Shown: positions 9,204 to 22,220 of the stretch, piece after piece
Layout: every line of letters starts with the position of its first letter
Position numbering within the stretch: the first letter of the stretch is position 1
Assembly (NCBI GenBank): GCA_963796685.1
Contig: CAWCMR010000022.1
Span: 176,457 to 240,456, forward strand
Source: an uncultured delta proteobacterium
GTDB lineage: Bacteria; Myxococcota_A; Polyangia; Fen-1088
Length of the DNA: 64,000 nucleotides
Direction: 5' to 3'
Made by a program: the position numbers and the translations under genes
Notes under the pieces: generated by a model
What the model was told of the DNA's origin: nothing
The model's input: the letters and a program-made list of their open reading frames with translations, nothing else
Database searches by the model: none

Positions 9204-10799
9204 GTGACACCGATGAGCCAGGCAGCCCCCAACAAATGGTTGGTGACCATCTCGATTACCTTCGGGACGTTGATGGGCGCCATCGACATGTCCATCGTCA
9301 ATGTCGCGATCCCGCACATGCGCGGCGCCCTAGGGGCCTCGGTCGACGAGATCACGTGGGTCTCGACCGGCTACATCATCGCCAACGTCATCGTCATGCC
9401 CTTGGTTGCCTGGCTTGGAGGTCGCTTCGGTCGCAAGAAGGTCTACCAGTCGTGCATGCTCCTCTTCCTGGTCGGCTCGTTCTTTTGCGGTACGGCGCGA
9501 TCGCTCGGAACCTTGGTTTTCTTTCGCATCTTGCAAGGGCTCGGGGCAGGGGGGCTGCAGCCCACCGAGCAGGCCATCTTGCGTGAGACGTTTCCGCTCG
9601 AGGAGCAGGCGACGGCCATGTCCCTCTTCGGGCTGGCGGTGATGATCGGTCCCGCCATCGGGCCGACGCTGGGCGGTTGGCTCGTGGACCACCAGTCTTG
9701 GCCCTGGATCTTCTACGTCAACCTTCCCGTCGGCGCGCTTGGCCTCATCATGGTCCAGCGCTTCGTGCACGATCCCGAGTTCTTGGTGGCCGGCAAAGAG
9801 CGGGCACGTCGCGAGAAGGTCGACTATCTCGGGCTGGCGCTGCTGGCCGTTGGCCTCGGCTCGTTTCAGCTTCTACTCGAACGCGGCGACCAGCTCGATT
9901 GGTTCTCGAGCCGCGAGATTGATGCTTTGGCAGTTATCGCCGTCATCGCTCTGACCGCGTTCGTGATCCGCGAGCTCACCACGGAGCACCCGATTGTCGA
10001 CCTCTCCGTCCTCAAAGATCGTTGCTTTGCGGGTGGAACCTTCATCGGCGGTCTGCTCGGCCTGTCGCTTTTCGGCAGCTTGTTCATTTTGCCGCTCTTC
10101 TTCCAGGAGCTGCGCGGCCTCTCGGCGGAGCAATCCGGCATCGAGCTCATGCCGCGGACCCTGGTCATGATGGTTACGATGCCGATTGCGGGCCTGCTGT
10201 TCAATCGTGTCGGTGCGCGCTTGATGATCGCGGTCGGCCTGGCCATCGGGGGCTACGCGGCCTGGACCATGAAGTACTTCACGCTCGATTCCAGCCTTGG
10301 GGACATGGTCACCCCGCAGATCGTCCAAGGGATTGGATTTTCCTTGGTCTTCGTGGCCCTGTCGACCGCCACCCTGGCGAAGTTGCCCAAGTCCAAGATG
10401 AGCGCCGCCACCGGGCTCTACAATCTGGTCCGCAATCTCGGCGGCTCGGTCGGCACCGCCATCATTGCCGTCCTGTTCGAGCGCGCGCAGGGATTCGCCT
10501 ACAGCGACCTCGCAGGACACATCACGCCCGCCCAGCCCCAGGTCGCCACGCGGCTGATAGCCGTGCATTCGCTGCTTGCAAGCCGCTTCGGATTCGCCTC
10601 CTCCGGCGACAGCTTGCGCGTGCTCGACCTGGAGGTCATGCGCCAGGTGACCCTACTCGCTTTCGAGCGCGTCTTCGCCATCATCGGGCTTGTCTTCTTT
10701 GCCTCGATCCCCTTCGTCCTGTTGCTTGAAAACGTGCGCCCGCATCGCAAGGCAACCGGATCAGAAGCCGAGCCAAAGGCCCGGCCGCAGGCGGGGTGA
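9204..10799 (+). CDS. DHA2-family (EmrB/QacA) MFS efflux transporter
   Basis: DMSIVNVAIP, GRFGRKK, GPAIGPTLGG, WIFYVNLPVG motifs. Confidence 0.93.
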   Translation: MTPMSQAAPNKWLVTISITFGTLMGAIDMSIVNVAIPHMRGALGASVDEITWVSTGYIIANVIVMPLVAWLGGRFGRKKVYQSCMLLFLVGSFFCGTARSLGTLVFFRILQGLGAGGLQPTEQAILRETFPLEEQATAMSLFGLAVMIGPAIGPTLGGWLVDHQSWPWIFYVNLPVGALGLIMVQRFVHDPEFLVAGKERARREKVDYLGLALLAVGLGSFQLLLERGDQLDWFSSREIDALAVIAVIALTAFVIRELTTEHPIVDLSVLKDRCFAGGTFIGGLLGLSLFGSLFILPLFFQELRGLSAEQSGIELMPRTLVMMVTMPIAGLLFNRVGARLMIAVGLAIGGYAAWTMKYFTLDSSLGDMVTPQIVQGIGFSLVFVALSTATLAKLPKSKMSAATGLYNLVRNLGGSVGTAIIAVLFERAQGFAYSDLAGHITPAQPQVATRLIAVHSLLASRFGFASSGDSLRVLDLEVMRQVTLLAFERVFAIIGLVFFASIPFVLLLENVRPHRKATGSEAEPKARPQAG

Positions 10800-10849
10800 A
10801 GTCCGCGAATTCACTTCGCGAACCAGGCGAGGACCGCGGCCTGCCCTTT
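10761..10849 (+). repeat. Dispersed ~90-bp palindromic element, copy 1
   Basis: Near-identical to the reverse complement of 36687-36776; contains the MFS stop codon. Confidence 0.85.
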
Positions 10850-10933
10850 TGGTGCCTGGGCGGGTGGCACTGCTTCTGAGCAAGACGGGTGCCATTCCCT
10901 TGCCTCACCACAGAGGCGTCTGCATCTATGTGT

Positions 10934-11176
10934 ATGAAACGTACAAATCTTGTGCTTGATGAGGAGTTGCTCGCGGAGGCAACGAGGCTCGGCGGGCAGA
11001 AGACGTACTCGGCAACAGTCAACGCCGCCCTCCACGACTTTGTCAGACGATTCCGTGCACAATCAGATTCTCTCGTTGCGCGGAACTGGAGCCTGGCAGG
11101 GCAACCTTTCCCACACGCGCGGAGACGATTCGGCTCGTTCTGCGCCACGCAGACGGGGTGCCCGTCGCGACGATGA
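10934..11176 (+). pseudogene. VapB-type antitoxin, frameshifted near 11060, with no toxin partner
   Basis: MKRTNLVLDEELLAEATRLGG.KTYSATVNAAL; the tail QILSLRGTGAWQGNL continues in another frame. Confidence 0.7.
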
Positions 11177-11558
11177 ACAGGCATGCAAAGACGATCTTCG
11201 ACGCATCGCAGGTCATCGCTCTCCTTCCCTGGCGCAAACAGGCTCTAGCCATGGTTTCTCGAACGGCCCAAGATCAACGGGTGCGTGTCGGGCCGCGCCG
11301 ACGCGGTCGGTGGGGACCTCGGGCAGGAGGTTGCCGAAATTCGAGCCACGGCGTGGTGGCGGTGGGGGCGAAGGCGCCGGGGTCGTGGCCAATCGTCGTC
11401 GGGAAAGCCGCGAACCAGCTCGGATCGAAGGTCTCGGGCTGTAGGCCGGCGCGGGGTTGTTCGAGCCGAAGAACCCGGAGACCCACGCGTTCTTGCGCAT
11501 CCATGGCTTGCCGGGCACGCACGCGACATAGTCCGGCGTTCGAACCAACGCCTGCGGT

Positions 11559-11986
11559 CTACCAGCCGATCGCAACCAGCATGTATTGCGGGTTGGCGTG
11601 CGACATGTAGCTCGAATAACTGCCGACATCGTCGTAGGAGAAGCCATACGCGCGCCCTCCGAGGGCATTGTCGTGCCAGAACCTGGCGTAGTAGTCGGCG
11701 GGGGCGGTTTGATAGAAGGTCGAGCTGTCCTTCCAGAGCGTCTTGTCGAGCAGCTTGCCGCTCGGGTCGAAGGTTCCGGCGAGGTGGCCGACGTGGCGGA
11801 AGATGGCGGCCGAAAGATCCGGATACGATCCCAGCCCGCTGCCGTTCGGGCCGGGTTTGGCGACCGTCAGGCCGTTGGCCGCCCACAAGGAATCGACAAA
11901 GGAATCGTAGTAATTGGCATACGCACCGCCGGTCTTGAATCCGTCCGCGCCTGGTTCGACGATGCGATAGGGAGGACTTTCATCAT
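11559..11986 (-). pseudogene. C-terminal fragment of a GH64 beta-1,3-glucanase
   Basis: FYQTAPADYYARFWHD..GRAYGFSYDDV motif; N-terminal half absent; the RBS-linked ATG is out of frame. Confidence 0.72.
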
Positions 11987-11997
11987 GAACGGCCTCC

Positions 11998-13130
11998 TCA
12001 CATCTGCGAAGCAACGCCCTGATTTGCCTGCCATGCCGCCACGACCGAGGCGGCGATTGCCGGGCCAAAGTCGAAGGCGCTCGCGTCCAGCCGCCGCAGC
12101 GAAATGCTGCCGACCACGCCGTCGAAGATCACGACGAAGGTGGCACTGGCAAGGGCCGGGCGCTGGAACGTGGAGCCGTTCCCGTTGCGCACCGACTTGA
12201 ACGAATAGATGGTCGACGTGGCCGCCATGGGGTCGTCGGACGAAAGCACCTCGGCGACATCGAGCTCGCCGCAGCCACCGGCACCGCCCATGCCACGGCA
12301 ATTGCAGCCGTATTGGGCCGTGCGCACCACCTGCGCCGGCAGGATCCAGTAGGCGGGTGTCACCATGCCGACCGGCATGCGCATCTTGACCGCGAAGATC
12401 TTGCTGCCGTCGGCGGATCCCTTGAATCCATGCAAACCTACGTCGCGGTAGAAGCCGCACTCGCTGCCGTCGCCGGTGCCCTGGCACAGGCTGGCGCTCA
12501 TCACGTTGACCCCGATGCCGTCGGCCAGCGATCCGGCGAACGGGGTGGGTGACTGGGCGGCCTCCTTGCCGTCGGCCGAAGCGTAGGACTGGCTGTTGCC
12601 GCCGCACACTGTCCACACCCCGCTGACACTGCCGCCGCCGAGGTTGTTCATGAAGACCAGGTTGTCGGACGAGCAGCCATTCCAATACGAGACACGCGCG
12701 TACCCGCCGACGTCGGGCGCGTAGATCGCGATGTCGTAGAGCTCGATGGGACCCGAGAAGACCATGGTCATCTCCTCGTCGAACGGAACCACGCGGCCGG
12801 ACACGGACTTGCTTGCCTTGACGCAGGCGTTGGCGTCGCTGCACGGAGGCGGCCAGGTTCCAGGAGCCATGTCGACGACGCGGTCGTAGCTGCCGGTGGC
12901 CCCGACGTTCAGAAAGGTGATCGCGTCGGTGACTTTCCAGTGGGAGGGCGCGGGCGGCGTGTCGGTCCCGAGCGGCGTATTGCCGTCCTCGCTTCGGCGT
13001 GCGCACCCACATCCGTCGTCGCAGCGGCGATTCCCGAGTCCTCTGCCGCGGCCGGCCCGCGCGACGTCGAGGAGCACCCGGGGAGCGACGCGAACAACAG
13101 CAGACTGCCAACGACGACTTGCGCGGTCAT
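11998..13130 (-). CDS. TOS1/DUF2401-DUF2403-like putative glycoside hydrolase lipoprotein (apparent frameshift near 13000)
   Basis: PFDEEMTMVFSGP, PAYWILPAQVVRTAQYGCNC, GCGELDVAEVL; lipoprotein signal (LPGC) lies in the adjacent frame from ATG 13130. Confidence 0.65.
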
Positions 13131-13284
13131 GGCGAATCCATCGCCTACCGGAAAGGCGCGCGAAGCACGTCGGCAGGGTTGCATCCCATCATGGTAACAC
13201 GGCGAAGGCGTAGCACGACGGACCCACACCCTTGGAGTCAAAGAGGGTGGACGACGGCTCACGCCCGGACCGACCAGGTGTCGC

Positions 13285-14430
13285 CTATGCCATGGATTCG
13301 TGCACGATGGTCGTCAATTCCTCGTCGGTAAGGACGATGGGATTTCCCCGCATGCTGCTGGCGACCTTGGCTTTCTCCACGAGCAAGGGAACGTCCTCCT
13401 GCCGGATGCCGAGGGCGCCGAGCTTCGGGATCTCGAGCGCCGAGGCAAGCTCGGCCGTCCATGCAACCGCATCGCCGCCAGCGGCGAGCAGGTCGTTCAA
13501 TTCCCGATAGCGGCCGAGGACGGGGCTCTGCGCATCTCGCCTGCTCAGGGCCACGATGTTGGCGCGCATGACCGCGGATAGAAGGGCCGCGCATACGGCG
13601 CCATGGGGCGCTTGCCATCTGCCACCGAGGGGCGCGGCGAATCCGTGCACGGCTCCAAGACCGGAATTGGCCAGGCAAAGACCGCCGAACAGGCTCGCCA
13701 CCGCCAGATCCTCGCGACGTTCTGCCGTCAAGCCGTGCTCGAAAGCGAGCCGCAGCAATCTTGCGACGCGGGCCATGCCTTCCCTGGCCAAGGCCAGCGA
13801 GAACGCGTTGGCTCGAATCGAGACGAAGGACTCGAGCAGGTGAGAGAGGGCGTCGAGGCCGGTGGGCGCGAGCACGGATCTCGGCATGCCGTCGAGCAAA
13901 TCGGGATCGACCAGGGCCAGTACGGGCAAAAGGTGCGGGCTGCGCAGGCTGGCCTTCACCTTGGCCTCGGGCGAGGTCAGCACGGAATTTTTCGTCACCT
14001 CGGCCCCGGTACCCGCCGTGGTGGGAATGGCGATGCAGGGCAGGCCCGGTCGAGGCAGCGGCTGGGCCTTGCCGACGATCTCCATGTGGTCGAGAAGATC
14101 CCCGTCGTTGCCGGCCAGCGCGGCGATGGCCTTGCCGGCGTCGACGGCGCTGCCGCCTCCCAGCGCAACGACGGCATCGCATTTCTCGCGCATCGCCAAC
14201 GCGCGACCCTCGCTCACCATGTCGAGCGTGGGTTCGCTGGGAATGACCCAGGTCACGGTCGGCAGGTTCAGATGGGCGCGAAAGGCATCGCCTCGCCGAC
14301 CGGATCGCCCGGTCACGAGCAGCACCCGCTTGGCCCCGAGCGCGCGCAGGGCCGGACCCGCCTGCGCCACGACCCCTGCGCCGAAGACGGTTCTCCCGGG
14401 GGCGGCCAGCTCAAACACGTTTGCGGCCAT
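13285..14430 (-). CDS. Iron-containing alcohol dehydrogenase
   Basis: ALGGGSAVDAGK, IPTTAGTGAEVT, DALSHLLES, HG..H metal ligands. Confidence 0.95.
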   Translation of the reverse strand: MAANVFELAAPGRTVFGAGVVAQAGPALRALGAKRVLLVTGRSGRRGDAFRAHLNLPTVTWVIPSEPTLDMVSEGRALAMREKCDAVVALGGGSAVDAGKAIAALAGNDGDLLDHMEIVGKAQPLPRPGLPCIAIPTTAGTGAEVTKNSVLTSPEAKVKASLRSPHLLPVLALVDPDLLDGMPRSVLAPTGLDALSHLLESFVSIRANAFSLALAREGMARVARLLRLAFEHGLTAERREDLAVASLFGGLCLANSGLGAVHGFAAPLGGRWQAPHGAVCAALLSAVMRANIVALSRRDAQSPVLGRYRELNDLLAAGGDAVAWTAELASALEIPKLGALGIRQEDVPLLVEKAKVASSMRGNPIVLTDEELTTIVHESMA

Positions 14431-14749
14431 CGCTCTCCCACGTCGCCGACGGTGTGATGGTGGCGTAGGATTTACTGGTGCGCGGCTCGGCCATCATGGG
14501 CGCCACGGCATCGCGCCAGGTTTGATAGTGCGCCGTCTGTTTGTGCGCCGCCGCGCCTTCCTGCCCACGGTAAACCTCGAACAGCACGAAGCGGGTGGGA
14601 TCGGCGCCCTCCTGCACGACATCGAAGCGCACGACGCCGGGTTCGCGAATGCTGGCCGCCGCGTTCCCCAGGGCGGCCGCGCGAAAGGCCTCGACCGATT
14701 CGGGCAGCACGTGGACGTAAACCAATACCGCAAGGTGCGAATCCGACAT
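14411..14749 (-). CDS. ABM/LsrG-like monooxygenase or isomerase
   Basis: EPGVVRFDV..DPTRFVLFEVY..AAHKQTAHY. Confidence 0.85.
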   Translation of the reverse strand: MSDSHLAVLVYVHVLPESVEAFRAAALGNAAASIREPGVVRFDVVQEGADPTRFVLFEVYRGQEGAAAHKQTAHYQTWRDAVAPMMAEPRTSKSYATITPSATWESDGRKRV

Positions 14750-14812
14750 GAGCGAAACCATAGCGGGTGCACCCAGTGATGCCAAGTCCATGCGCAACTC
14801 GGCGGATCCGGA

Positions 14813-14933
14813 TCTTTCACCACAGAGGGCGCAGAGGGCGCAGAGGGCGGAAAGGAAAGGGTTCTCCGAATCCCAGAATCCGAACCTGTCTTCGTCCGCA
14901 ACCTCTGTGCTCTCTGTGCTCTCTGTGGTGAAG
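14813..14933. repeat. Inverted repeat whose arms are 9-bp tandem units (CACCACAGAG[GGCGCAGAG]n / complement)
   Basis: Arms at about 14813-14850 and 14896-14933 pair; sits at the metH 3' end. Confidence 0.85.
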
Positions 14934-14937
14934 TTTC

Positions 14938-18599
<3,662 letters not shown>

Positions 18600-18603
<4 letters not shown>

Positions 18604-19577
18604 GGTGTTTCCTTGGCGGGTTGGGCAAGCTTGGAAAGAGTGTCAGGTTTGCGAGCGAAAGCACTGATCACGGCGAAGTGGGGCGGTCGCTTCTCGCGCG
18701 AGGTGATCTCGCAGCGTTCGACCGCGAGCCCCGCCTCGTGGGTCAGCCAACCTTGCAGCGCGCTTGGTCGGTATCCCGGGTTCACGTGACCGTAGGGCGC
18801 CGTGGCCTGCTTGTGCTCGTGGCGGGCCAGGGTGCTGATGGTGAGATCGCCACCGACGCGCAGGACGCGCGCAGCCTCGCGCAGCACCAAGACCGGATCC
18901 TTGGTGTAGGTCAGAACATTGAGCAGGAGCACGTGGTCGAAGCGTCCCTCGGGAAAGGGCAGGGCGTGCAGATCCCCGGGCGCGAAACCCACGTTGGCAA
19001 GCCCCGACAGCCGCTGCTCGGCGGCCTGCAGCACCTTCTCGCTTCGGTCGAGGCAGGTCACGCTTCGACAGCGCGGGGCCAGCACGGCCGCGATGGTGCC
19101 GTCGCCCGAGCCGGCGTCCAGCACGTCGCCCAGATGAATGAAGGGCAGGAATCCCAACATGGTCGCCTCCCAGGTCCGGCCGGGCGAGTAGTGCCGATCC
19201 ATCTGGCCGGCCACCGATTCCGGCCAGCTTCCCGGCTTTTCCCGACCGCGCAGCACCTCCTGGCAGCGCGCGCGGTCGGCGCGCAGAAGCGGCTCGTCCC
19301 GCGTTTCCGTGACCAGGTTCCACAGGCGCCGTACCTGCCCCGGCATGGTGGCTTCGTTCATGGCGTAGAAGGTGGAGGCGCCTTCGCGCCGGTCACGCAA
19401 CACGCCGGCCTCGCGCAATTTGCCAAGATGCGTTGACACGCGCGATTGCGGCATTTCCGTTATCTGCGTCATTTCGGCGACCGAAAGCTCATTTCCATCC
19501 AGAAGTGCGGCAAGACGTACCCGTGTCTCGTCGGCAAAGAGCCTCAGAATATCAACTGTTTCCGATAGGTTAGCCAT
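18600..19577 (-). CDS. sahR: ArsR-HTH plus SAM-methyltransferase regulator (SahR/SamR family)
   Basis: N-terminal ArsR ([15 protein letters not shown]), [17 protein letters not shown]; translationally coupled to metH. Confidence 0.85.
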
Positions 19578-19579
19578 CG

Positions 19580-19606
19580 TTTAATCCGGATTAAATGATT
19601 ATAGCA
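19580..19606 (-). promoter_or_regulatory. sahR promoter: extended -10 (TGcTATAAT) and a perfect 16-bp palindrome TTTAATCCGGATTAAA (probable operator)
   Basis: Palindrome at 19580-19595; -10 at 19598-19606 on the minus strand. Confidence 0.65.
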
Positions 19607-19655
19607 CGAGTGTAGCCATAAAATGAGCTTGAAACTCCTCAAGCCGCACTAACGT

Positions 19656-22205
19656 ATGTCGATAATGTGTCCCGTGACACCGAGCACGCCGGGGAGCGGC
19701 ACGCGCTTCTCGGAACGTTATGAAATCAAGAACCAGGCCGGCATGGGCGGCATGGGGACGGTGTACCAAGCGATCGATCGGGACAGCGGAAATCTGATCG
19801 CGCTCAAGATTCTTCATTCGCGCAGCACCATCGAACAGGCCCGTTTCGATCAAGAGGCCCGCGTGCTCTCCGAGCTCTCGCACCCGGGCATCGTGCACTA
19901 TTTCGATCACGGCGTGACGCCGAACGGCTCGCCCTACATCGCCATGGAGTGGCTCGAAGGCGAGACTCTCGAGGACAGACTTGGACGCGGAAATCTCGGT
20001 CCGGCCGCGGCGGCGCACCTCGCACGGCTGGTGCTGGAGGCGTTGTCGGCCGCGCACGCGCGCAACATCGTTCATCGCGACATCAAGCCGGGCAACATCT
20101 TCCTGGTCGGCTGGAAGCTGTCCGAGATCCGCGTGCTCGACTTCGGCATCGCTCGCCGCGTTTTCGACGACAAACGCCTCACGCGCAAGGGCTCCACCGT
20201 GGGCACGCCGCTTTACACATCGCCCGAGCAGGCCCGCGGCCGCGCCGATGTGGACGGGCGCGCCGACATCTTTTCCCTTGGTTGCGTGCTGTTCGAGCTG
20301 CTCACCGGAGAGCCGCCCTTTACGGGGGAAACCCCGCTCGAGGTCATGACCAAGGTTTGCGCGGGGCGCGTGCCCGAGCTTAGGAGTCGCCGTCCGGGAA
20401 TTCCCATGGTCGTGTCCTCGCTGGTGCACGGGATGCTCTCGCCCGATCCGGTCCACCGCCCGCAGTCGGCTGCGGCGCTGGCCGTCGAGTTCGCGGAGGT
20501 GGTGAAGGTGCTGGGGGGAATCACCGGGGAAAGCGCCGCGGCCAGCCTGCCGTCGCGCGCGACGCGTGCCAGCATCAGCGAAAGCGAGGATCATCTGGCC
20601 TCTGCCATCCTGGTGTCCCTTGGCAAACGCGAGCCGGAGAGCACGCCCGGGCTGTTGTCGTCTACCGAGGAGCGCCGGCGGGGACCCAAGGCGGCGTCGA
20701 TCTTCCCATCGATTGCCGAGCGTCCGGGCAAAAGCGCCGAAGATACGCGGCTGGCTGAAATTCGGCGCCTGCTCGAAGCCTACGCGTGCGAGATGGATCG
20801 GCTCCTCAACCGCACCCTGCTTCTCACCGCGCCCACGGTGTCGTCGGCGCAAGAGCAGGCCATCCAGCTCGCGTCCGCCGCACTGGCGCTGCACGATCTC
20901 CAGCCGGACGCCAAGATCGCCATCGCCACGGGGCGCGCCAGTTTTCTCGGTCGCTTGCCCGTCGGGCGGCTGATGGACTGCTTGCCCGTGCTCATGGAAG
21001 GTCAGGAGGCGGGTACCATCCGTCTCGACGACACCACGAGGCGGCTCCTGCCCGCGCGCTTCGCCACGGGCGGTGAGCCAGGCAGTTGGTTCCTCCTCGA
21101 CGAGGGCAATTCGCTTACCGAGGAACGATCGCGCGAATCCGAAGGCCGGGTCAGCCCGTTTCTCGGTCGCGAACGCGAAATCGCCTCGCTGCAATCCCTG
21201 CTGGAAGAGACCCGGGACGAGAAAGCGCCACGCGCGGTCTTGCTTCTCGGTCCACCTGGTCAGGGCAAATCCAGATTGCTGCGCGAGTTTTTGACCGCAA
21301 ACCCGGATGCATCCTTGCAGGTCGCACTGGCCAGCGGCACGCTCTTGCGTATCGAACGGCGCTATCCCGCCCTTGCATCGATGCTCGTCGCGGCAGGTAT
21401 CGACGTGCAGGGCAAGTCGAGCCAACACGTGGAGGAAGCGCTGGCGGCCTGGATCGAGAGTCGCTGCACGCCCAGCGGTTTCTTGTTGGTCGTCGAGGAT
21501 TTGCAGTGGGCCGACACCCCCAGCCTGGAGTTGCTGGATCGGTTGATGCACAGGCTTCACGACAAGCCCCTCATGGTCATCGGCGTGGGCCGCGACGAGG
21601 TCGAAGACAGGTTCCCGGGGTTGTGGAGCGCGCGTTCGGCGCGGCGCCTGCGTCTGCGCCCGCTGTCGCCCAAACAGGGGCTGACCCTGTTGCATTTCTG
21701 GATTCCGTCGGTGTCGCGGACAGCCGCGGACTTCATGCTCGATCGCTGGGAAGGAAACCCGCAGTTCCTCGAGGAGATGGCGGCGCACGCCGCCGACCGG
21801 GGCACGCTCGCGATTCCCGCGGTGGTTCATGCGGTTGGGGAGGGCCGACTCGAGGGCGTCGAGCCCGACGTGCGTCGGGTGCTGCGCGCGGCGAGCCTCT
21901 TCGGCGACAAACCGTTCTGCGTGGACGCCCTCATCTCCTTGCTCGGCGAATCCGCGCGCAAGGGCATCGCCGAGTGGCTGGAAGTCCTGGTCATGCGCGA
22001 CTTCATCGAGCGCGACATCAGGGCAGGCGAGGCGAGCTACCGCTTTCGCGAGCGGCTTCTGCGCGACGCCGCCTACCAGATGCTCACCTCGGCAGACCGT
22101 GTCCTCGGCCGTCGCCTGGCACGGGCCTGGCTGGAAGGCGCGGGCCGCACCCTGCCCGAGTGCCTGGCCTGCCCCACCGTCCACCGCAGCGCCGCCGGCG
22201 GATAG
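19656..22205 (+). CDS. Ser/Thr protein kinase with AAA ATPase domain
   Basis: GMGGMGTVY, HRDIKPGN, DFG, YTSPEQ; FLGRERE, GPPGQGKS, VVEDLQWAD. Confidence 0.93.
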   Translation: MSIMCPVTPSTPGSGTRFSERYEIKNQAGMGGMGTVYQAIDRDSGNLIALKILHSRSTIEQARFDQEARVLSELSHPGIVHYFDHGVTPNGSPYIAMEWLEGETLEDRLGRGNLGPAAAAHLARLVLEALSAAHARNIVHRDIKPGNIFLVGWKLSEIRVLDFGIARRVFDDKRLTRKGSTVGTPLYTSPEQARGRADVDGRADIFSLGCVLFELLTGEPPFTGETPLEVMTKVCAGRVPELRSRRPGIPMVVSSLVHGMLSPDPVHRPQSAAALAVEFAEVVKVLGGITGESAAASLPSRATRASISESEDHLASAILVSLGKREPESTPGLLSSTEERRRGPKAASIFPSIAERPGKSAEDTRLAEIRRLLEAYACEMDRLLNRTLLLTAPTVSSAQEQAIQLASAALALHDLQPDAKIAIATGRASFLGRLPVGRLMDCLPVLMEGQEAGTIRLDDTTRRLLPARFATGGEPGSWFLLDEGNSLTEERSRESEGRVSPFLGREREIASLQSLLEETRDEKAPRAVLLLGPPGQGKSRLLREFLTANPDASLQVALASGTLLRIERRYPALASMLVAAGIDVQGKSSQHVEEALAAWIESRCTPSGFLLVVEDLQWADTPSLELLDRLMHRLHDKPLMVIGVGRDEVEDRFPGLWSARSARRLRLRPLSPKQGLTLLHFWIPSVSRTAADFMLDRWEGNPQFLEEMAAHAADRGTLAIPAVVHAVGEGRLEGVEPDVRRVLRAASLFGDKPFCVDALISLLGESARKGIAEWLEVLVMRDFIERDIRAGEASYRFRERLLRDAAYQMLTSADRVLGRRLARAWLEGAGRTLPECLACPTVHRSAAGG

Positions 22206-22220
22206 CCGCCGCGGTGACTG

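Noticed and set aside
13100-13147. Fluoride-riboswitch-like GGCGATGGATTCGCCATGACCGC on the minus strand
   Set aside because: It lacks the downstream GCTRATGAC pseudoknot half, is one base short, overlaps a start codon, and lies 25 kb from crcB
19578-19655. SAM or cobalamin riboswitch for metH
   Set aside because: The intergenic space is too short, and regulation is explained by the SahR-like protein
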